Assembly (NCBI GenBank): GCA_964585065.1
Contig: CAZPCB010000002.1
Location: 1,006-65,005, forward strand
Reading direction: 5' to 3'
DNA: 64,000 nt
Origin: an uncultured Candidatus Saccharibacteria bacterium
GTDB lineage: Bacteria > Patescibacteriota > Minisyncoccia > SW-4-49-11
The notes under the pieces are model-generated. The model had not been told where the DNA came from. It was given only the letters and a program-made list of their open reading frames with translations, and searched no databases. Shown piece by piece: positions 28,769 through 40,600 of the stretch. Every line of letters begins with the position of its first letter. Within the stretch, counting starts at the first letter, position 1. The translations under genes were made by a program, and so were the position numbers.

Positions 28769-29245
28769 ATGTATTTAAATAAAGTCTATCTTATTGGAAA
28801 TCTTACTCAAGATCCTGAGTTCAAAGCTTTACCAAATGGATCATCTGTATCAAGTTTTAGCCTCGCCACCAATCGCACATGGGTTGATAAGCAAGGACAA
28901 AAGCAAGAAACAGCTGAATATCACAATGTAGTAGCTTATGGAAAGCAGGCTGATACTATTAGCCAATATCTCAGAAAAGGTTCTCTCATCCTTGTAGAAG
29001 GACGATTACAAACCCGATCTTGGGAAGCTCAAGATGGACAAAAAAAATATCGCACAGAAATTATCATTGAGTCATTTCAATTTGGACCAAAAGGATCATC
29101 AGGAGCAGGAGCTGCTTCAAGTCCAGCATCTAGGTCAAGCGCTCCTAAGCCTGCCGCTTCAAAACCAGTCGCTAACATTCAGGAAGAACTTCCTACTGTC
29201 AACCTAGATGAGGATGAAATCGACTTAGAAGAAATTCCATTTTAA
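28769..29245 (+). CDS. ssb: Single-stranded DNA-binding protein
   Basis: [25 protein letters not shown], acidic tail EEIPF. Confidence 0.98.
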   Translation: MYLNKVYLIGNLTQDPEFKALPNGSSVSSFSLATNRTWVDKQGQKQETAEYHNVVAYGKQADTISQYLRKGSLILVEGRLQTRSWEAQDGQKKYRTEIIIESFQFGPKGSSGAGAASSPASRSSAPKPAASKPVANIQEELPTVNLDEDEIDLEEIPF

Positions 29246-29259
29246 TTAATTTACCACGT

Positions 29260-29484
29260 ATGAGAACGAACAATAAGAAGAAAGTCCCTAAGGTATGCTA
29301 TTTTAGCACTAATAATGTTGCAATAGACTATAAGGATGCAGTTACCTTGAAGATGTTTTTAACTCCTCAAGCTAAAATCGTAGCCTCACGCCGAACAGGA
29401 ACTCGAGCAAATCATCAGAGAAATCTATCTAAGGCTATGAAAAGAGCTCGATTTTTATCAATTATCCCTTATGTAACAAGATAA
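29260..29484 (+). CDS. rpsR: 30S ribosomal protein S18
   Basis: [20 protein letters not shown]. Confidence 0.96.
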   Translation: MRTNNKKKVPKVCYFSTNNVAIDYKDAVTLKMFLTPQAKIVASRRTGTRANHQRNLSKAMKRARFLSIIPYVTR

Positions 29485-29488
29485 ATCT

Positions 29489-29758
29489 ATGCCTATTACA
29501 CAATCAGCTATCAAAGCACATCGACAATCTCTTAAAAAGAATGCCGAGAATACCATTGTAAAGAAAAGACTAAAAGCTTCTGTAAAGGAGTTTATAGGAT
29601 ATCTTTCAACTGATATTACAAAAGCCAAGGAATTCATCCCTAATGTCTATAAAGCAATTGATAAGACTGCTAAGCGAGGAATCTTAAAAAAGAACTCTGC
29701 AGCCCGTAAAAAATCACGTCTTATGACCAAGCTTAATCAAGCATTAACTGAGAAATAG
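29489..29758 (+). CDS. rpsT: 30S ribosomal protein S20
   Basis: MPITQSAIK, IDKTAKRGILKKNSAARKKSRL. Confidence 0.96.
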   Translation: MPITQSAIKAHRQSLKKNAENTIVKKRLKASVKEFIGYLSTDITKAKEFIPNVYKAIDKTAKRGILKKNSAARKKSRLMTKLNQALTEK

Positions 29759-29801
29759 ACACAATATATTTACTAGTATATATATTGTTGTGTGCTAAAC
29801 T

Positions 29802-29830
29802 AAAAAGCCCCTGATTTAAAGGGGTTTTTT
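29802..29830. terminator. Bidirectional terminator
   Basis: AAAAAGCCCCT...AGGGGTTTTTT. Confidence 0.75.
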
Positions 29831-29832
29831 AG

Positions 29833-30948
29833 TTATCTGTTAGCAGGTATTGGACTACCTATAGAATACTGTTTTATTAATCTATCTGGTATGGTTATTA
29901 CAAGGTCCGGTCTAAATGCATAAGAAGTTAATATGTCTAGACTATTTACAGGTCTTATGATATTTCCTTCAAAAACATATATTTGTGAAGAGTTTTGAGA
30001 CTTGACAAGAGTATATAATGCAGGAACCCTTGTATTTTTACCTATATTACTAGAGTTATTAGTTGGGATATTGTTCATATCAAAAGTACTAGCAGGCTTT
30101 ACTTGCCCCCAAGAAAGTCCTAGGCTCTCAAAAATTTCTGGGCTATATATTGGTACTTTTTTATTATTTTCAGTTACCCATACTGTACCCTCTCCTGATA
30201 TCAAAACACCATCTCGAATAGTAACATCTCCTTTTTCACTTGGATTATATACAGGTGCTACAGGAAGAGATAAATCTACCGTTTCATTCCACTTAAACCT
30301 CGATTCAAATACTAAAGGAGATGGTATGTATCTTCTCTTATCATCCTCAACTAAATACATTTTACCTCCTCCTGTTTTAATCACCACTCCATCTGGATAA
30401 TTAGATGTAATAGTTACGAGTTCTCCTAGTGGATGAAGATTGAGTTCAGCATCAGATACAGCTTTAATATTACTCCACTTAAAGCCTAATCTGAGAAAAG
30501 CAGCTGGAGAAGCTATAGGCCTTCTAAGTCCATTTGAGATAATATAAACTGTACCTTTATTAGACAATAAAGACCCATCTCTAAATTTTAATTGCTCTCC
30601 ATCAGGAATAGAAGCTATATCCTCTCTAGAAGTTACAATTAAACTATTCCAGTTTAATCCTCTAGATTCTACTATAGCTGGGGACTCTATTGGTCTTTTT
30701 TTAAAATTATCTAGATAATAAACTTTTGGATTAGTGTTTGATTTAATTAGATTTCCGTTAGGAAAAGCCTTACCTGCTATTTCATTATATTCTGCAATAT
30801 CTACTAAATTTTCAGGGTCTGCACAGCCAGGTACATCATCAGCTCTAAATATTGTACAGGTTGCAGTGACTGCCTCACCATAAGGTACAAAAACAAAAAA
30901 TATCCCGATAAATATTGAGCTTAATAATAATTCTTTCTTTAATTTCAT
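29833..30948 (-). CDS. Secreted protein with about five 55-60-aa repeats (G.LIK...VY....KRPI.SP..F...G..W)
   Basis: Signal peptide plus internally repeated motif visible in the translation. Confidence 0.85.
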   Translation of the reverse strand: MKLKKELLLSSIFIGIFFVFVPYGEAVTATCTIFRADDVPGCADPENLVDIAEYNEIAGKAFPNGNLIKSNTNPKVYYLDNFKKRPIESPAIVESRGLNWNSLIVTSREDIASIPDGEQLKFRDGSLLSNKGTVYIISNGLRRPIASPAAFLRLGFKWSNIKAVSDAELNLHPLGELVTITSNYPDGVVIKTGGGKMYLVEDDKRRYIPSPLVFESRFKWNETVDLSLPVAPVYNPSEKGDVTIRDGVLISGEGTVWVTENNKKVPIYSPEIFESLGLSWGQVKPASTFDMNNIPTNNSSNIGKNTRVPALYTLVKSQNSSQIYVFEGNIIRPVNSLDILTSYAFRPDLVITIPDRLIKQYSIGSPIPANR

Positions 30949-30981
30949 ATTATTGTATTATATTTTATATACTTATATTAT

Positions 30982-30993
30982 CCCCCCCCCCCC
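30982..30993. repeat. C12 homopolymer in the promoter region of the repeat protein gene
   Basis: 12 consecutive C in very AT-rich intergenic DNA, ending 34 bp upstream of the ATG at 30948. Confidence 0.9.
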
Positions 30994-31049
30994 GATTTTG
31001 TATAGACTAGTTATCCACAATTTAAATAGTTGTTATAATATAATCCTAG

Positions 31050-32072
31050 CTACATATTCATTTGTAGGACAATCGATTTCAATTTTTCATAAGAATCCTT
31101 ACCTTCAAATTTAATTTCATAGTCTCCTTGTATTAGATTTAAATATATTTTTTTGAGGTCTTTAGAGTTCCAAGACTGAATATTCTGAGCAGTTATTTTG
31201 AGTATATAGGGATGACCTTTTACATAATCGATATATTGTTTTTGGCTTTCCTGAGACATTTTGATAATAAGTGCTGTCTTGATTTGGGATAATAATAATC
31301 CATATACTTTTATCCCTTCTATACCTTGTTTTTGAAGAAAGTTTAATGTTGCAATATATGTGCCATAATTCCTTGCATATATTGATTCAGCTAAAGAAAA
31401 TATACTATATGATTGCTCTTGTGGGAGTATTACTTTGAGCATTTCAACCGTAATAGGCTTATTTTCATAGTAGTTATATAATGTATTTAAGAGCAATTCT
31501 ATTGCATATAAATCTATTTGAAAGGCATTGGCTTTTGATTTTGACCTATTATCTGATTTTTCTTGAGCTAATGTATACTGCGCTTTTTGATAAGAAATAA
31601 GATATATAATACCATCTCTTTTGATATCTATACCCTGCTCTACACTCATTTGATGAATATAAGCTATTACTTTTTGCTCTGATAAAAAAGTATATTCTGT
31701 GTTTTTTGCTTTTACTTGATCTAGAGTTTTTGTTAGTGGATGGGTTTTGAGTATACTTACTGTATCATAAAATAATACAATAATATCTGCATTATCTTTG
31801 AGTATGGATAAACTTTTTTTGATTGTGGTATATAATGCTTTAGGCAGGGAAGCTAATCCTCGAATAATAAGTAATCTTTTTTCAGTAAATAAAGAACTCG
31901 TATTGAGACTTTGTTTTAATCGAGACAATACCATTTCCGGAGTTTCTGGTAATACAATTTCAGTAAAATCAAAGACTTCTTGTTTTGCCTGTTTCTGAAT
32001 TCCTAATTCTTGTATAGAATAAAGTTTTTCTCTTGAACGATACGTATCTGGTCCAGAAATTGATATAATCAC
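31050..32072 (-). CDS. holA: DNA polymerase III delta subunit
   Basis: GPDTYRSREKL, SLFTEKRLLII, IFSLAE, GHPY, DYEIK; near rpsT. Confidence 0.85.
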   Translation of the reverse strand: MIISISGPDTYRSREKLYSIQELGIQKQAKQEVFDFTEIVLPETPEMVLSRLKQSLNTSSLFTEKRLLIIRGLASLPKALYTTIKKSLSILKDNADIIVLFYDTVSILKTHPLTKTLDQVKAKNTEYTFLSEQKVIAYIHQMSVEQGIDIKRDGIIYLISYQKAQYTLAQEKSDNRSKSKANAFQIDLYAIELLLNTLYNYYENKPITVEMLKVILPQEQSYSIFSLAESIYARNYGTYIATLNFLQKQGIEGIKVYGLLLSQIKTALIIKMSQESQKQYIDYVKGHPYILKITAQNIQSWNSKDLKKIYLNLIQGDYEIKFEGKDSYEKLKSIVLQMNM

Positions 32073-32091
32073 GATTGTCGCAAGCTAATCA

Positions 32092-33228
32092 CTAATTAAG
32101 CTCCCATTTCAAACTTTGATTTGGTTCGAGAACTTGAATAAAAGTTGATCCCGGAACAAGTGCAATTTCTTCCCCTGCTTCATTATAGAATCTCAAAGTT
32201 CCTTTGAAGCCATCTTTTTTCCAAGTGATAGTCTTTTCTTGACCATTTTGATATATTTTCCCCTCTCCTTTACCATAAAGACTAACCTCATTATATTGTC
32301 CCTCAATTTGTCGAGACTCTGCTCTGATAACAACAATATTTTTAGGGGTAATATCTGCATTATTATTCCCTCTATCAGTATCTTTTTGTCCAGCCCAATA
32401 TCGAGTATAACTATTAGTATCTTTATTATATTGCCAACGAGTTGCGAATACTCCTCCAAACCCTACATATAAAGTTCCATTTTTTGCATTTGCTTTTTCA
32501 GAGTCAATATTTTGATTACTTTGAAAATTATATCCCTCAAAGTCAGTAGTAAGAGAATAACCTCGAGATTTTGCTAAATCTAGAACTTTTGGCAAGGAAG
32601 CAAATCCATTATGAGGAGCTGGGGCTGTGCTTTTACGGAAAAATGGTCCGCTTGATGACATCGCATCAATATCTGATATTTTTCCTAAATCTTCACCAGA
32701 ATATCTCTTCCCGGTTTTGAGCTCATCAAGAGCAAAATGTGATCCTCCCCAATGCACATAAATAGCATCCCAACCTCTAACCAAACTAATATAATCATGT
32801 CTAGCACTGCGAATTGAACCAACTTCTTGTGGTAAATTACATACAAAAACCCCCATTAATCTTGTTACACTACCAGTTATTACAGGCATTTCTACCACAA
32901 TATCTGCCTGACTAAGACCAGATAATGGCCTTGCTACAGCGTCTCCCGCCATCATTACAGCCACAGGTCTTTGTTTATAATTATCACATTGAATACCACT
33001 CAGTGGACTAGCATTGGTAATTTTCTCTTCACTTGACTTTAATATATTCCCAGCCTCATCAGTTTTTACGTCTTGTGTACTCGTAACTGTATCTGAAGAA
33101 ATATCTGGATTTCTTGTAAAGGCATATGCTCCCAAACTAATACCTCCAATTATAATAGTGAGGAATCCATAGACAATATATTTTTGTTTGGTAGTTAATG
33201 TATTCCAACGCTTAAGAAAAGTTTTCAT
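32092..33228 (-). CDS. DUF3048/YerB-like exported protein
   Basis: SPLSG, RPVAVM, ARPLSGLSQADIVVE, GSIRSAR, APHN. Confidence 0.88.
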   Translation of the reverse strand: MKTFLKRWNTLTTKQKYIVYGFLTIIIGGISLGAYAFTRNPDISSDTVTSTQDVKTDEAGNILKSSEEKITNASPLSGIQCDNYKQRPVAVMMAGDAVARPLSGLSQADIVVEMPVITGSVTRLMGVFVCNLPQEVGSIRSARHDYISLVRGWDAIYVHWGGSHFALDELKTGKRYSGEDLGKISDIDAMSSSGPFFRKSTAPAPHNGFASLPKVLDLAKSRGYSLTTDFEGYNFQSNQNIDSEKANAKNGTLYVGFGGVFATRWQYNKDTNSYTRYWAGQKDTDRGNNNADITPKNIVVIRAESRQIEGQYNEVSLYGKGEGKIYQNGQEKTITWKKDGFKGTLRFYNEAGEEIALVPGSTFIQVLEPNQSLKWELN

Positions 33229-33229
33229 A

Positions 33230-33610
33230 TTATTGTAATAATTGATTAATCTTTGCTACTATTTCAGTGGGGGAATAATGTGCTTTAATAACATAATCGA
33301 TTGCACCCAATTTTAAAGCTTTGGTAATATAGTTTTGTTCATTAAGATTACTCATTATTACAATTTTAGAATTAATAGTATCTGGCTTTTTTTTCTTATA
33401 TTCTTCTAATACTTCAAAGCCCGTCTTGATCGGAAGCATAATATCCAAAAGAACAATGTCATATTCTTGAGTTAATAATTTTTTCAGCCCCTCTTCACCA
33501 TTTGAAGCCTCGGTTACCTGATATTTAGAATCACGTAATTTGATACCAACTAATTCTCGGAGAAAGATATCATCTTCTATGAGTAATACTGTTTTTTTAT
33601 TTTCTGCCAT
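33230..33610 (-). CDS. Single-domain response regulator
   Basis: LLIEDD, LLDIMLP, GAIDYVIK. Confidence 0.93.
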   Translation of the reverse strand: MAENKKTVLLIEDDIFLRELVGIKLRDSKYQVTEASNGEEGLKKLLTQEYDIVLLDIMLPIKTGFEVLEEYKKKKPDTINSKIVIMSNLNEQNYITKALKLGAIDYVIKAHYSPTEIVAKINQLLQ

Positions 33611-33715
33611 ATTGAGTATATTCTAAGTTAACTTTATTATATCATATATATTTCATTTGGTGAATATATTTTTATGAGCATTGCTATCATAATATTTAAT
33701 GCTATACTAATAGGT

Positions 33716-35749
33716 ATGAAGTTTAAAATTTCCTCACATTATGAGCCGAAAGGTGATCAACCTCAAGCTATCGACAAATTAAGTCGAGGGCTAGCTGAAG
33801 GGCGAGCACATCAAACCTTGCTAGGAGTAACGGGTTCAGGAAAAACCTTTACTATGGCTCATTTGATTGAAAAAAATCAAAAACCAACTTTAATTATTTC
33901 TCATAATAAAACTCTCGCGGCTCAATTATACCAGGAGTTTCGTGATTTTTTTCCGGAGAACAATGTTCATTACTTTGTATCCTATTATGATTATTATCAA
34001 CCTGAAAGTTATCTTCCCTCTTCTGACACCTATATTGAAAAGGAGTCTATGACCAATGATCAGGTAGAGCGCTTACGGCATGCAGCTACGCAAAGCCTAT
34101 TATCTAATCCTGATACTATTATTATTTCCTCCGTATCTTGTATTTATGGTATTGGGTCACCTGAAGATTATGGAAATTTATCGGTAATTATTGAGATAGG
34201 CCAAAAAATTCAAAGAGATGATTTTATTCGCTCTTTAATTAGTATTCAATATAGCCGTAATGATATTGATTTTAAACCAGGATGTTTTCGTATTAAAGGA
34301 GATGTGGTAGAAATTCATGAGCCCGGGGAAAAGCGTTTAGTTAAAATTAGTTTTTGGGGAGATACTATTGAAACCATTTCTTATAATGAATATCAGGACA
34401 GTATTCTAGAACAACTCCCAGCAAAATATCTCGATAGCTATAGAATATTCCCCGCTACTCATTGGATTTCAACCCGAGCTAAAGTAGATAATATGATTCC
34501 TCTTATTAAGGAAGAGATGGCTATAAGAGTAGATTTTTTTAAAAAGCACAATAAATTAGTAGAGGCTCAGCGTATCGAAGAGAGGGTTAACTATGATGCA
34601 GAAATGTTATCTGAAGTCGGTTTCACTAAAGGAATTGAGAATTATTCTCGCTATTTAACTGGTAGGGCCCCCGGAGAACCGCCTTATACCCTTATTGATT
34701 ATTTTCTTGAATCAGATAGTGAATTTCTTACCCTTGTTGATGAATCTCATATTACCCTACCTCAAATTAGAGGTATGCATAATGGTGATGCTGCTCGCAA
34801 AAAAAACCTGATTGATTTTGGGTTTAGATTACCTTCTGCGGCGGACAATAGGCCTTTAAAATTTTATGAATTTGAGGCTAAAATACCTCGTATTGTGTAT
34901 GTGTCAGCAACTCCTGGAGAATATGAGCTTGCTCATTCTACTAATGATATTGTGCATTCTATTATTGAGTTACAACAATATAAAGAAAGTCCCGATGGTA
35001 TTGCAGAACAAATTATTCGCCCTACCGGACTTTTAGAACCCATTATTGAAATTAGGCCTACAGATAATCAAATTCAAGATATTATTACAGAAATCGGTAC
35101 CATTATTACTAAAGATGAGAGAGTATTAATATTAACTCTTACGAAAAGAATGGCTGAAGATATCACCGACTATCTCAAAGAACGTGGTATTAAAACTGAA
35201 TATTTGCATTCTGATATTGATACCCTAGATAGGCCTGAAATTCTTACCAAATTACGCCAAGGGGAATTTGATGTTTTAGTTGGTATTAATTTACTCCGAG
35301 AAGGACTGGATTTACCAGAGGTATCATTAGTTGCCATTCTGGATGCCGATAAAGAAGGCTTTTTACGTAATGAAACCTCTCTTATTCAAACTATTGGAAG
35401 AGCCGCTCGACATCAAAATGGTAAAGTTATTCTATATGCTAATAAAAGAACCAAATCTATTGAGAGAGCTATTGCTGAGACAAATCGCCGTCGAGATATT
35501 CAAGAAGCTTATAATACCGAGCATGGTATTACTCCACAGGGTATTAAAAAAGATATTCGCTCTAGTATTATAAAAGATAAGAAAAAAGAGCTATTAGAAC
35601 AAAAAATTTCTTCTCTGGATATCTCTGAACGAGAATTTATTATAGAAGAATTAACAAAGCAAATGAATATAGCAGCTCAAGCATTAGATTTTGAAAAGGC
35701 AAAAGATTTACGAGATGAAATTGCCTTAATTAAAGATTTACAGGAATAA
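33716..35749 (+). CDS. uvrB: Excinuclease ABC subunit B
   Basis: GDQPQAI, GVTGSGKT, YYDYYQPE, DESH, INLLREGLDLPEV, UVR domain. Confidence 0.98.
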   Translation: MKFKISSHYEPKGDQPQAIDKLSRGLAEGRAHQTLLGVTGSGKTFTMAHLIEKNQKPTLIISHNKTLAAQLYQEFRDFFPENNVHYFVSYYDYYQPESYLPSSDTYIEKESMTNDQVERLRHAATQSLLSNPDTIIISSVSCIYGIGSPEDYGNLSVIIEIGQKIQRDDFIRSLISIQYSRNDIDFKPGCFRIKGDVVEIHEPGEKRLVKISFWGDTIETISYNEYQDSILEQLPAKYLDSYRIFPATHWISTRAKVDNMIPLIKEEMAIRVDFFKKHNKLVEAQRIEERVNYDAEMLSEVGFTKGIENYSRYLTGRAPGEPPYTLIDYFLESDSEFLTLVDESHITLPQIRGMHNGDAARKKNLIDFGFRLPSAADNRPLKFYEFEAKIPRIVYVSATPGEYELAHSTNDIVHSIIELQQYKESPDGIAEQIIRPTGLLEPIIEIRPTDNQIQDIITEIGTIITKDERVLILTLTKRMAEDITDYLKERGIKTEYLHSDIDTLDRPEILTKLRQGEFDVLVGINLLREGLDLPEVSLVAILDADKEGFLRNETSLIQTIGRAARHQNGKVILYANKRTKSIERAIAETNRRRDIQEAYNTEHGITPQGIKKDIRSSIIKDKKKELLEQKISSLDISEREFIIEELTKQMNIAAQALDFEKAKDLRDEIALIKDLQE

Positions 35750-36880
35750 ACTTAATATTCCAAAACTAAATATCACAATCATACTAATACCAACCCATTT
35801 TAAATGTCCCAGGCTATAAGCTGGACTTATTTTACTGGTAACTTTTGATCGCCAAAACATTAATACAATTAGTATAGATATTATACTAATTCCTATTCCT
35901 CCCGCATAGCGAATAATAGTATCAAACTCAGCCCAATCTAAGGTAAGTATAGCAATAGGTGGTATTACTGTAATAATGGTAGCTGTTAGTCTTGATATAT
36001 TACCAAAAGAAATATAAGAATCTATTAAAGCAATTCCCATAGTAATAAATGAGGTTATCATGGCTAAAAGTGCAAACACAGTAATAATACCGAGTACCTG
36101 TGGTCCCATTTTTTCTCCAAGAGCTATAGTGGCAACTTTTGTAATATCTGATCCCGCCACACCTATTACCAAAGTAACAAATATACTATACACTAAAACT
36201 GGTATTAATACCCCGAGCTGTATGACTGACTTCATTTGAATAGTTTGTTTTCCTAATATTTTTTTGACCTGTGGGATAGTAATTAGCCCAAAATAAGAAA
36301 ATAGTATTATCCCATATGGAGCAATAGTATCTGTAAATGAAGTCATTGGTTGAATAGAAAATTGAGACCAATCAATACTCTGAGTATATAGAGCTTTTAA
36401 CCATATAGTAATAACAATAAGAACCATACCTATACCAAATACTAATTCCCATTTACTCACTATTTTTAAACTCTTTACAATTAAATAACTTCCAATACTA
36501 AAGAAAACAATTGACCAAGCAAAAGAATTTGCTGGAATAATAGCATTCACTATGTCTCCTGCAGCTCTGATATAGGCTGTCATAGCTCCATATATTACAA
36601 TCATAGTTGCTGTCAGAGATAATAAATACCCTTTTTTTCCAAGATATTTTTTGATCAGTTCGGGTATTTGTAAAAATCCCTTTGTTCTTAAACTCACCTC
36701 TCCAAGCATCAAATGTAGTATCATCATCACCACTCCTAATATCACCAAATATAATATCCCCGTCCAATACCCTGCATAATAAATAGTATATGGAATAGCA
36801 AGGGTTCCAGCACCAATAATAGTACCCGATAATATTGCTACAGCTCTAATAAACTGATATTGTTTTATATTTTTTGTCAT
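35738..36880 (-). CDS. Aromatic/hydroxy amino acid permease (HAAAP, TyrP/Mtr-like)
   Basis: GTIIGAGTLAIP, about 11 TM segments, AMITSF. Confidence 0.85.
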   Translation of the reverse strand: MTKNIKQYQFIRAVAILSGTIIGAGTLAIPYTIYYAGYWTGILYLVILGVVMMILHLMLGEVSLRTKGFLQIPELIKKYLGKKGYLLSLTATMIVIYGAMTAYIRAAGDIVNAIIPANSFAWSIVFFSIGSYLIVKSLKIVSKWELVFGIGMVLIVITIWLKALYTQSIDWSQFSIQPMTSFTDTIAPYGIILFSYFGLITIPQVKKILGKQTIQMKSVIQLGVLIPVLVYSIFVTLVIGVAGSDITKVATIALGEKMGPQVLGIITVFALLAMITSFITMGIALIDSYISFGNISRLTATIITVIPPIAILTLDWAEFDTIIRYAGGIGISIISILIVLMFWRSKVTSKISPAYSLGHLKWVGISMIVIFSFGILSLFL

Positions 36881-36913
36881 TGTATTTTGTTTATCTGTTT
36901 TTAGTATAACATA

Positions 36914-37582
36914 TCAATCTAAATAGCAATATATGACTAAATTAGGATGGCCCACAATATATTGTAAAGGAAATTCTTTAGGTATATGATTTTGATTAAG
37001 AGAATTAATCAGATAATTATGTTTGTATTCTCCTTTTAATAATACAATTATGAACTCCGAATTAAATATATATTCAGGGCTAAGACTTAATCTCTCCTGA
37101 GTTATATAATTATCAGGAGCATCCGTTATCAGAGCTTTATTATTGGATATATTATCCCAATATTCTCCTCCTGCAAAAAGTGATGCAAAATGTCCGTCTA
37201 ATCCCATACCTAATATTGTTACTCCCAATTGAGTGGGTAATTGCTGTTCTAATTTAATTAATGATTGCTCAATAGTATCCCGATATTGAAATCGTATAAT
37301 ATTGTGTGGATTTATTGTTTGAAAACTTTTTTGTATACTTTTCCAATTTGATTCATCTGTGTTCTCCGGTACATATCTTTCATCTACCTCCACAAGATTT
37401 ACTTTATCCCATTGAATAACTTGTTGAGCTAAAGCTTCATAAATGGGAAATGGAGTAGTGCCTCCTGATACTGCTAAAGAGGTTATTTGATGTTCTTGAA
37501 TACCAATGCTGAGATTTTCTTGAATCCAATTAACACTTGCTTCAATCCATTCTTTTTCACTCGTAAATGTTTGTATATCCAT
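36914..37582 (-). CDS. pgl: 6-phosphogluconolactonase
   Basis: VSGGTTP, VDERYVP, LGMGLDGHFASLF. Confidence 0.92.
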   Translation of the reverse strand: MDIQTFTSEKEWIEASVNWIQENLSIGIQEHQITSLAVSGGTTPFPIYEALAQQVIQWDKVNLVEVDERYVPENTDESNWKSIQKSFQTINPHNIIRFQYRDTIEQSLIKLEQQLPTQLGVTILGMGLDGHFASLFAGGEYWDNISNNKALITDAPDNYITQERLSLSPEYIFNSEFIIVLLKGEYKHNYLINSLNQNHIPKEFPLQYIVGHPNLVIYCYLD

Positions 37583-37654
37583 ATATATCAGTATAGCATA
37601 AGACCCATAAACTCTATTATATGATATACTATATATACTAAGAAAATTTCCTCT

Positions 37655-40600
37655 ATGCAAGAATTTGTCCATCTTAATACTCGCTCTCATTACAGCATAC
37701 TTGAGGCCATAGGTTCTATTGATGACATTATCGCAAGGGCTCAGTTATTAAAATTTGATACCGTAACCCTTGCCGATAAGGATAATATGTTTGGGGCTAT
37801 TGAGTTTTATGAAAAAGCAAAAAAAGCTAATATAAAACCAATATTAGGAATATGTCTATCTGTTGGAAGCTTTGATGCAGGAGATAATAAAAGCTATTCC
37901 TTAACCCTACTTGCTAAATCCTATGCTGGATATATGAATTTGATTGAGCTTGCCTCTCTGGTTCGACTTAATACTCATAAATATGTTTCTTTTGAGGAAT
38001 TATCCCAATATTCTGATGATATTATTTGTCTTACTGGTAATTATACTGGGGAAATCGCCTCTTATCTTATTCATACTCCTTCCAAAGTTTCAGCTTGGGT
38101 AAAATCCTATAAAGATATTTTTAAAGAAAACCTTTATTTTGAAGTTTTACCACTTATCAATACCCCTGACCAATTAAAAGCAAATACCCTATTAACTGAG
38201 CTTGGGGTATCTGCTCAAATTCCTCTTGTTCTGACAGCTCAAAGTATGTATCTCACTTCTGAGCAAAAAACAGCTCACGATATTATGCTTGCCATTAAGT
38301 ATAAAACAAATATTCAAAATCCTGATCGTATTAGCTTTGCTTATGAAGATTATTCTCTCAAATCAGCTGAGGAAATGTATACTTTAGCTCAAGGACTCAA
38401 TATTCCAGAAGAGGCTATTCTTAATACCAGAATTATTGCTGATACTTGTAATGTAGAAATACCTCTCTATCAAATACAGCTACCTGCCTTTGAGGTGCCC
38501 ATACTTGAATCAGGAGAGAAATTATCAAATGAAAATTATCTTCGACACCTTTGTGAGGATGGAATACTAAAGCGTTATCCGGGAAAAGATCAAAAACCTA
38601 TACGAGAACGCCTCGAATATGAGTTTGATGTTATAAAAACTGCTGGATATATTGACTATTTTCTCATTGTATCTGATTTTATTAATTGGGCTAAAAGTAA
38701 TAACATATTGGTAGGACCGGGGAGAGGTTCTGCAGCTGGAAGTTTGGTTGCTTATTTACTTGCTATAACCGATCTTGACCCTCTCGAATATCAGCTTTTG
38801 TTTGAGCGATTCTTGAACCCTGCTCGTGTTTCTATGCCTGATATTGATATTGATTTTCAGGACAATAAGAGAGAATTAGTATTACAATATGTAGCTCAAA
38901 AATATGGTCAGGATCATGTGGCTCAAATTTGTACTTTTGGAACTATGGCAGCTAAAGCCGCGATTCGAGATACAGGGAGGGCTCTCGGGTATTCTTATGG
39001 GCTATGTGATTCTATTGCAAAGCTTATCGAACAAAAAACTATTGCTAAATCTATAGTCAATTCTCGAGAACTCAAAGCTCGCTATGAGCAAGAAGAAAAG
39101 GTAACAACTCTTATTGATGCTGCTCAAGAATTAGAAGGGTCGGTGAGGCATACTTCCACACATGCTTGTGCTGTAGTGATATCTCCCAAAAAACTCACCT
39201 CTTATACTCCCCTACAAATTTCTGAATCTGGAGGAAAAACATCTATTACTACTCAATACGAAATGCATGCTATTGAAGATTTAGGACTTCTTAAAATGGA
39301 TTTTTTGGGATTATCTAACCTCTCAACTATTGAGTCTACTCTTGAGTTAATACAATCTCAGACAGGAACTATTATTGATATCAATAATCTTCCCATCAAA
39401 GATGCGTTAACCTATAAATTATTCCAAAAAGGACAAACCACTGGGGTATTCCAATTCGAATCTCAGGGAATGAAAAAAGCTCTTATTGGATTAAAACCAT
39501 CAGACTTTAATGATCTTATTGCTATGGTTTCCCTGTATAGACCGGGTCCTATGGAGCTTATACCAACTTATATAGCTCGTAAACATGGTAAGGAGGAGGT
39601 TTCTTATTTACACCCTAATCTGGAGCCTATTTTGAAACCAACTTATGGAATTATGATTTACCAAGAGCAGCTGATGCAAGCCTCACAAGCGGTGGCAGGA
39701 TTTTCGCTACCAGAAGCCGATACCTTGCGTAAAGCTGTGGGAAAAAAGATTAAAGAGTTAATGGATGAGCAGAAAACGAATATTATTGAAGGTACTGTTA
39801 AACAAGGTATAGAGAGACAAGTTGGGGAAAAATTATGGGAATTAATTGAGCCTTTTGGAGATTATGGATTCAATAAATCGCATGCCGCTTGTTATGCTTT
39901 TATCGCCTATCAGACAGCCTATCTCAAAGCACATTATCCTCTACAATTTATGGTAGCTCTCCTCAATAGTGATGCCAAAGATATGACGCGTATTGCTATT
40001 GATATTACAGAATCTCGACAATTAGGGCTCAAGATTCAAGCCCCTCATGTAAATAATAGCAAAGCTCAATTTTCTGGCATTGATTCTACAATTTTCTATG
40101 GTCTTGCGAGTATCAAGAATATGAGTTCCCATTTAGCAGAATATATTGAGCAAGAGCGAATAGATAATGGCCCATTTAGCTCTTTAGAAGATTTTTTCAA
40201 AAGAATACCAGCAAAAGAATTAAATAAGAAAAATTTAGAAGCCTTAATCAAAGGGGGAGCTTTAGATGAATTAGAGAAAAGACATATACTTATCACAAAT
40301 ATCGATACTATTAGTTTATATATCAAAAAACTTTCTGATATCAATACCATAGTCCCAACCAATTCTTTATTTGGAAATACTGCCCCTACTGCACCTGTAT
40401 TAGATTTAGTAGATAGCCCGATTTCTCCAACAGAACAATTAAATCAAATTTTGGAATTAGAAAATCATTATCTTGGCTTATGGATTTCAGCTCATCCAAT
40501 CGATGAGTATAAAACAATTATAGAAGATTTAGCATTTCCAAGTATAAAAGAGCTCAAAGAATCTAAAAGAAAAACGGGGATGATTTTAGCTGGTATCATC

